From Planctomycetota bacterium (GTDB taxonomy: Bacteria > Planctomycetota > UBA1135 > UBA2386), in assembly GCA_965223545.1 (NCBI GenBank), contig OZ245006.1:4160001-4224000 (forward strand): DNA of 64,000 bases, in the 5' to 3' direction. Shown here one piece after another: positions 58,573 through 64,000 of this stretch (the stretch's first letter is position 1; the number at the start of each line of letters is the position of its first letter). Both the position numbers and the translations under genes were made by a program. The notes under the pieces were generated by a model. That model was given only the letters and a program-made list of their open reading frames with translations, had not been told where the DNA came from and did not search any database.

Positions 58573-58590
58573 TATCGAGATCTTATGATA
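58573..58590. promoter_or_regulatory. SahR-like operator
   Basis: TATCGAGATCTTATGATA (TATC-N10-GATA dyad) in an AT-rich patch 13 nt upstream of the ArsR-methyltransferase gene. Confidence 0.6.
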
Positions 58591-58603
58591 GACTGCTGTC
58601 GCG

Positions 58604-59566
58604 ATGGTCACCGAAACCCTGCGGCAGGTCTTCAAGACCCTGGCAGACCCCACGCGCTTGCGGCTCCTGGTCCTCCTGGAGCGCGAGGAGCTGGCGGTGC
58701 ACGAGCTGATGCAGGTGCTTGGCATGGCCCAATCCACGGTGTCGCGGCACCTTGGCATTCTGCGTGAGGCCGGGCTGCTGCTCGATCGGCGCGAGGGCAC
58801 TTCGGTGCACTATCGATTCGTGCCGCCGGAAGACGGGGACTGGCGCGAGGTCTGGGCGCTGGCGAAGCGATCGCTGCGCGACGACGCCGACAGCACCGCA
58901 GACCTGGCTGCGCTGGACAAGATTCTCGAGCGGCGGGCGCTGCGCACGCGCACCTGGTTCGACCAGGTGGGCCCCGCGTGGGACGCCCTGCGCTCGGTGT
59001 TCAACGACACCGCGCATCGGGCGCGCGCCATCAACCGGCTGGTGAGCCCCGATCTGATCGTCGCCGACATCGGCACCGGCACCGGAATCCTGGCACGCGA
59101 GCTGGCCGGCCTCGGCCTGACGGTGATCGCCGTCGATCACTCGCGTCGGATGTTGGACGCCGCGCGCGCCAAACTCACCGCTGCCGAGGTCGATCGCATC
59201 GACCTGCGCCAGGGGGATGCCGGCGACCTGCCGTTGGTCGACGGCGAAGTCGATGCGGCGTTCGCGCACATGGTCCTGCAGCACCTCGCGTCGCCGGCCG
59301 AAGCCGTCGCCGAAATGTTCCGCGTGGTCAAGCCGGGTGGCCGCGTCGTCGTCGTCGACCTGGTCGAGCACGATCGCGAATGGATGCGTGAACGGCTCGG
59401 CAGTCAGTGGCTCGGCTTCTCGACCGAAACCGTGCGTGCCTGGTTCACCCAGGCCGGCTTCGTCGACGTCGACATCGAGCTGCACGACGTCGATCCGGCC
59501 GGCAACGGCAAGTCGACCGACATTCCCGCCACCTTCATTGCCACGAGCCGCGTGCCGCCGCACTAG
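58604..59566 (+). CDS. ArsR-family regulator fused to a SAM-binding methyltransferase domain (SahR-like)
   Basis: FKTLADPTRLRLL, QSTVSRHL, DIGTGTG and MVLQH; upstream of metH. Confidence 0.9.
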   Translation: MVTETLRQVFKTLADPTRLRLLVLLEREELAVHELMQVLGMAQSTVSRHLGILREAGLLLDRREGTSVHYRFVPPEDGDWREVWALAKRSLRDDADSTADLAALDKILERRALRTRTWFDQVGPAWDALRSVFNDTAHRARAINRLVSPDLIVADIGTGTGILARELAGLGLTVIAVDHSRRMLDAARAKLTAAEVDRIDLRQGDAGDLPLVDGEVDAAFAHMVLQHLASPAEAVAEMFRVVKPGGRVVVVDLVEHDREWMRERLGSQWLGFSTETVRAWFTQAGFVDVDIELHDVDPAGNGKSTDIPATFIATSRVPPH

Positions 59567-59754
59567 GAGCCCGTCTCACGGAAGGACGAACCACCATGCA
59601 CGCGTCTTTCACGCCAGCTCGCCCCGCGAAAGCCTCGCTGACTCCACCGATTCACCTACGTCTTCGCAAGCCGACCCGCCGCGAAACTCACGCACCTGGC
59701 CGGTCCGCCTCCCATGAGACAAGCTCCTGAGACCCACAAAGCGACCGAACACCG

Positions 59755-63471
<3,717 letters not shown>

Positions 63472-63544
63472 TGCGGTGACTCGAGCGCCGGCCTTGCGGC
63501 TATGCTACGAGGCTGTTGCCCGTCGAGTGCAAAGAGGTCGTGTC

Positions 63545-64000
63545 ATGCGCGATTTGTCCCTCACTTCTGCTCGCCGCCAGCGGCGTGCCGGTCCGTGGTT
63601 GGTTGCGTGCTTCTCCTGGCTGGTGGTCATGCCAGGGGCCCGGGCGCAGGAAGTCGAGCCCCCGCCCCCGCCGCCGGCCAGGGCGGAGGAGGTCGGCGGT
63701 GGTCTGTCGAATGAGTACATGACGATCTCCGTCAACGAGGAGAAGGGCATCAGTCTGCCCGAGTTCGTCAAGCTGGCGCAGACCCTGACCAACTCCTCGA
63801 TCGTGTACGAGCCCGGACTGTTCGACGGACAGCCGCCGCTGCGGCTGCCGGAGAGTCAGCGTCTCCGCGTGGTCGACTTCATGCTCCTGTTCAAGAACGT
63901 GATGGCGGCGCGCGGCTTCACGGCGGAGCGCATTGGTCGCAGCGACGGGCGCCTGTGGCAGGTCGCCGTCGATCCCCGGTCGATGGTGACCCTGACCGTG
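63545..64000 (+). CDS. Secreted protein with a secretin (GspD) N0-like domain, 3' truncated
   Basis: Frame open to the window end: signal peptide ..ARAQE, Pro linker, ISLPEFVKLAQTLTNSSIVY and LFKNVMAARGF. Confidence 0.55.
   Translation, partial: MRDLSLTSARRQRRAGPWLVACFSWLVVMPGARAQEVEPPPPPPARAEEVGGGLSNEYMTISVNEEKGISLPEFVKLAQTLTNSSIVYEPGLFDGQPPLRLPESQRLRVVDFMLLFKNVMAARGFTAERIGRSDGRLWQVAVDPRSMVTLTV

Overview
High-GC bacterial window, probably Planctomycetota. That assignment is an inference from an ECF sigma factor with a large C-terminal extension, a Ser/Thr kinase-TPR protein, an enlarged LepB and a very long GreA. Bases 1 to about 13,550 are the right-hand part of an integrated mobile element. 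It has an AlpA-like excisionase plus tyrosine integrase, a second tyrosine recombinase, a ParB-like protein, an RHH regulator with tandem palindromic operators and duplicated partner domains, a DUF5681/TerS-like gene, and a lone TP901-type tape-measure protein. No capsid, portal, tail-tube or lysis gene is visible, so it looks like a phage satellite. The rest is chromosomal: CotH kinase, desaturase, a two-component system, long GreA, a B12 radical SAM enzyme, rph-rdgB-lepA-lepB-lptB, an ECF sigma fusion, a selenocysteine MsrA (in-frame TGA plus SECIS-like hairpin), a Ser/Thr kinase with a pseudo-hybrid kinase, and a PilZ-cNMP protein. A stripped-down flagellar set (fliF, fliG ... motE-like, fliL, fliM, fliN, with no export, rod/hook or stator genes in place) is interleaved with a CDP-sugar/methylated polysaccharide cluster. 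The window ends with a SahR-like regulator, metH and a truncated secretin-like gene. All calls come from reading motifs by eye; no database search was run.
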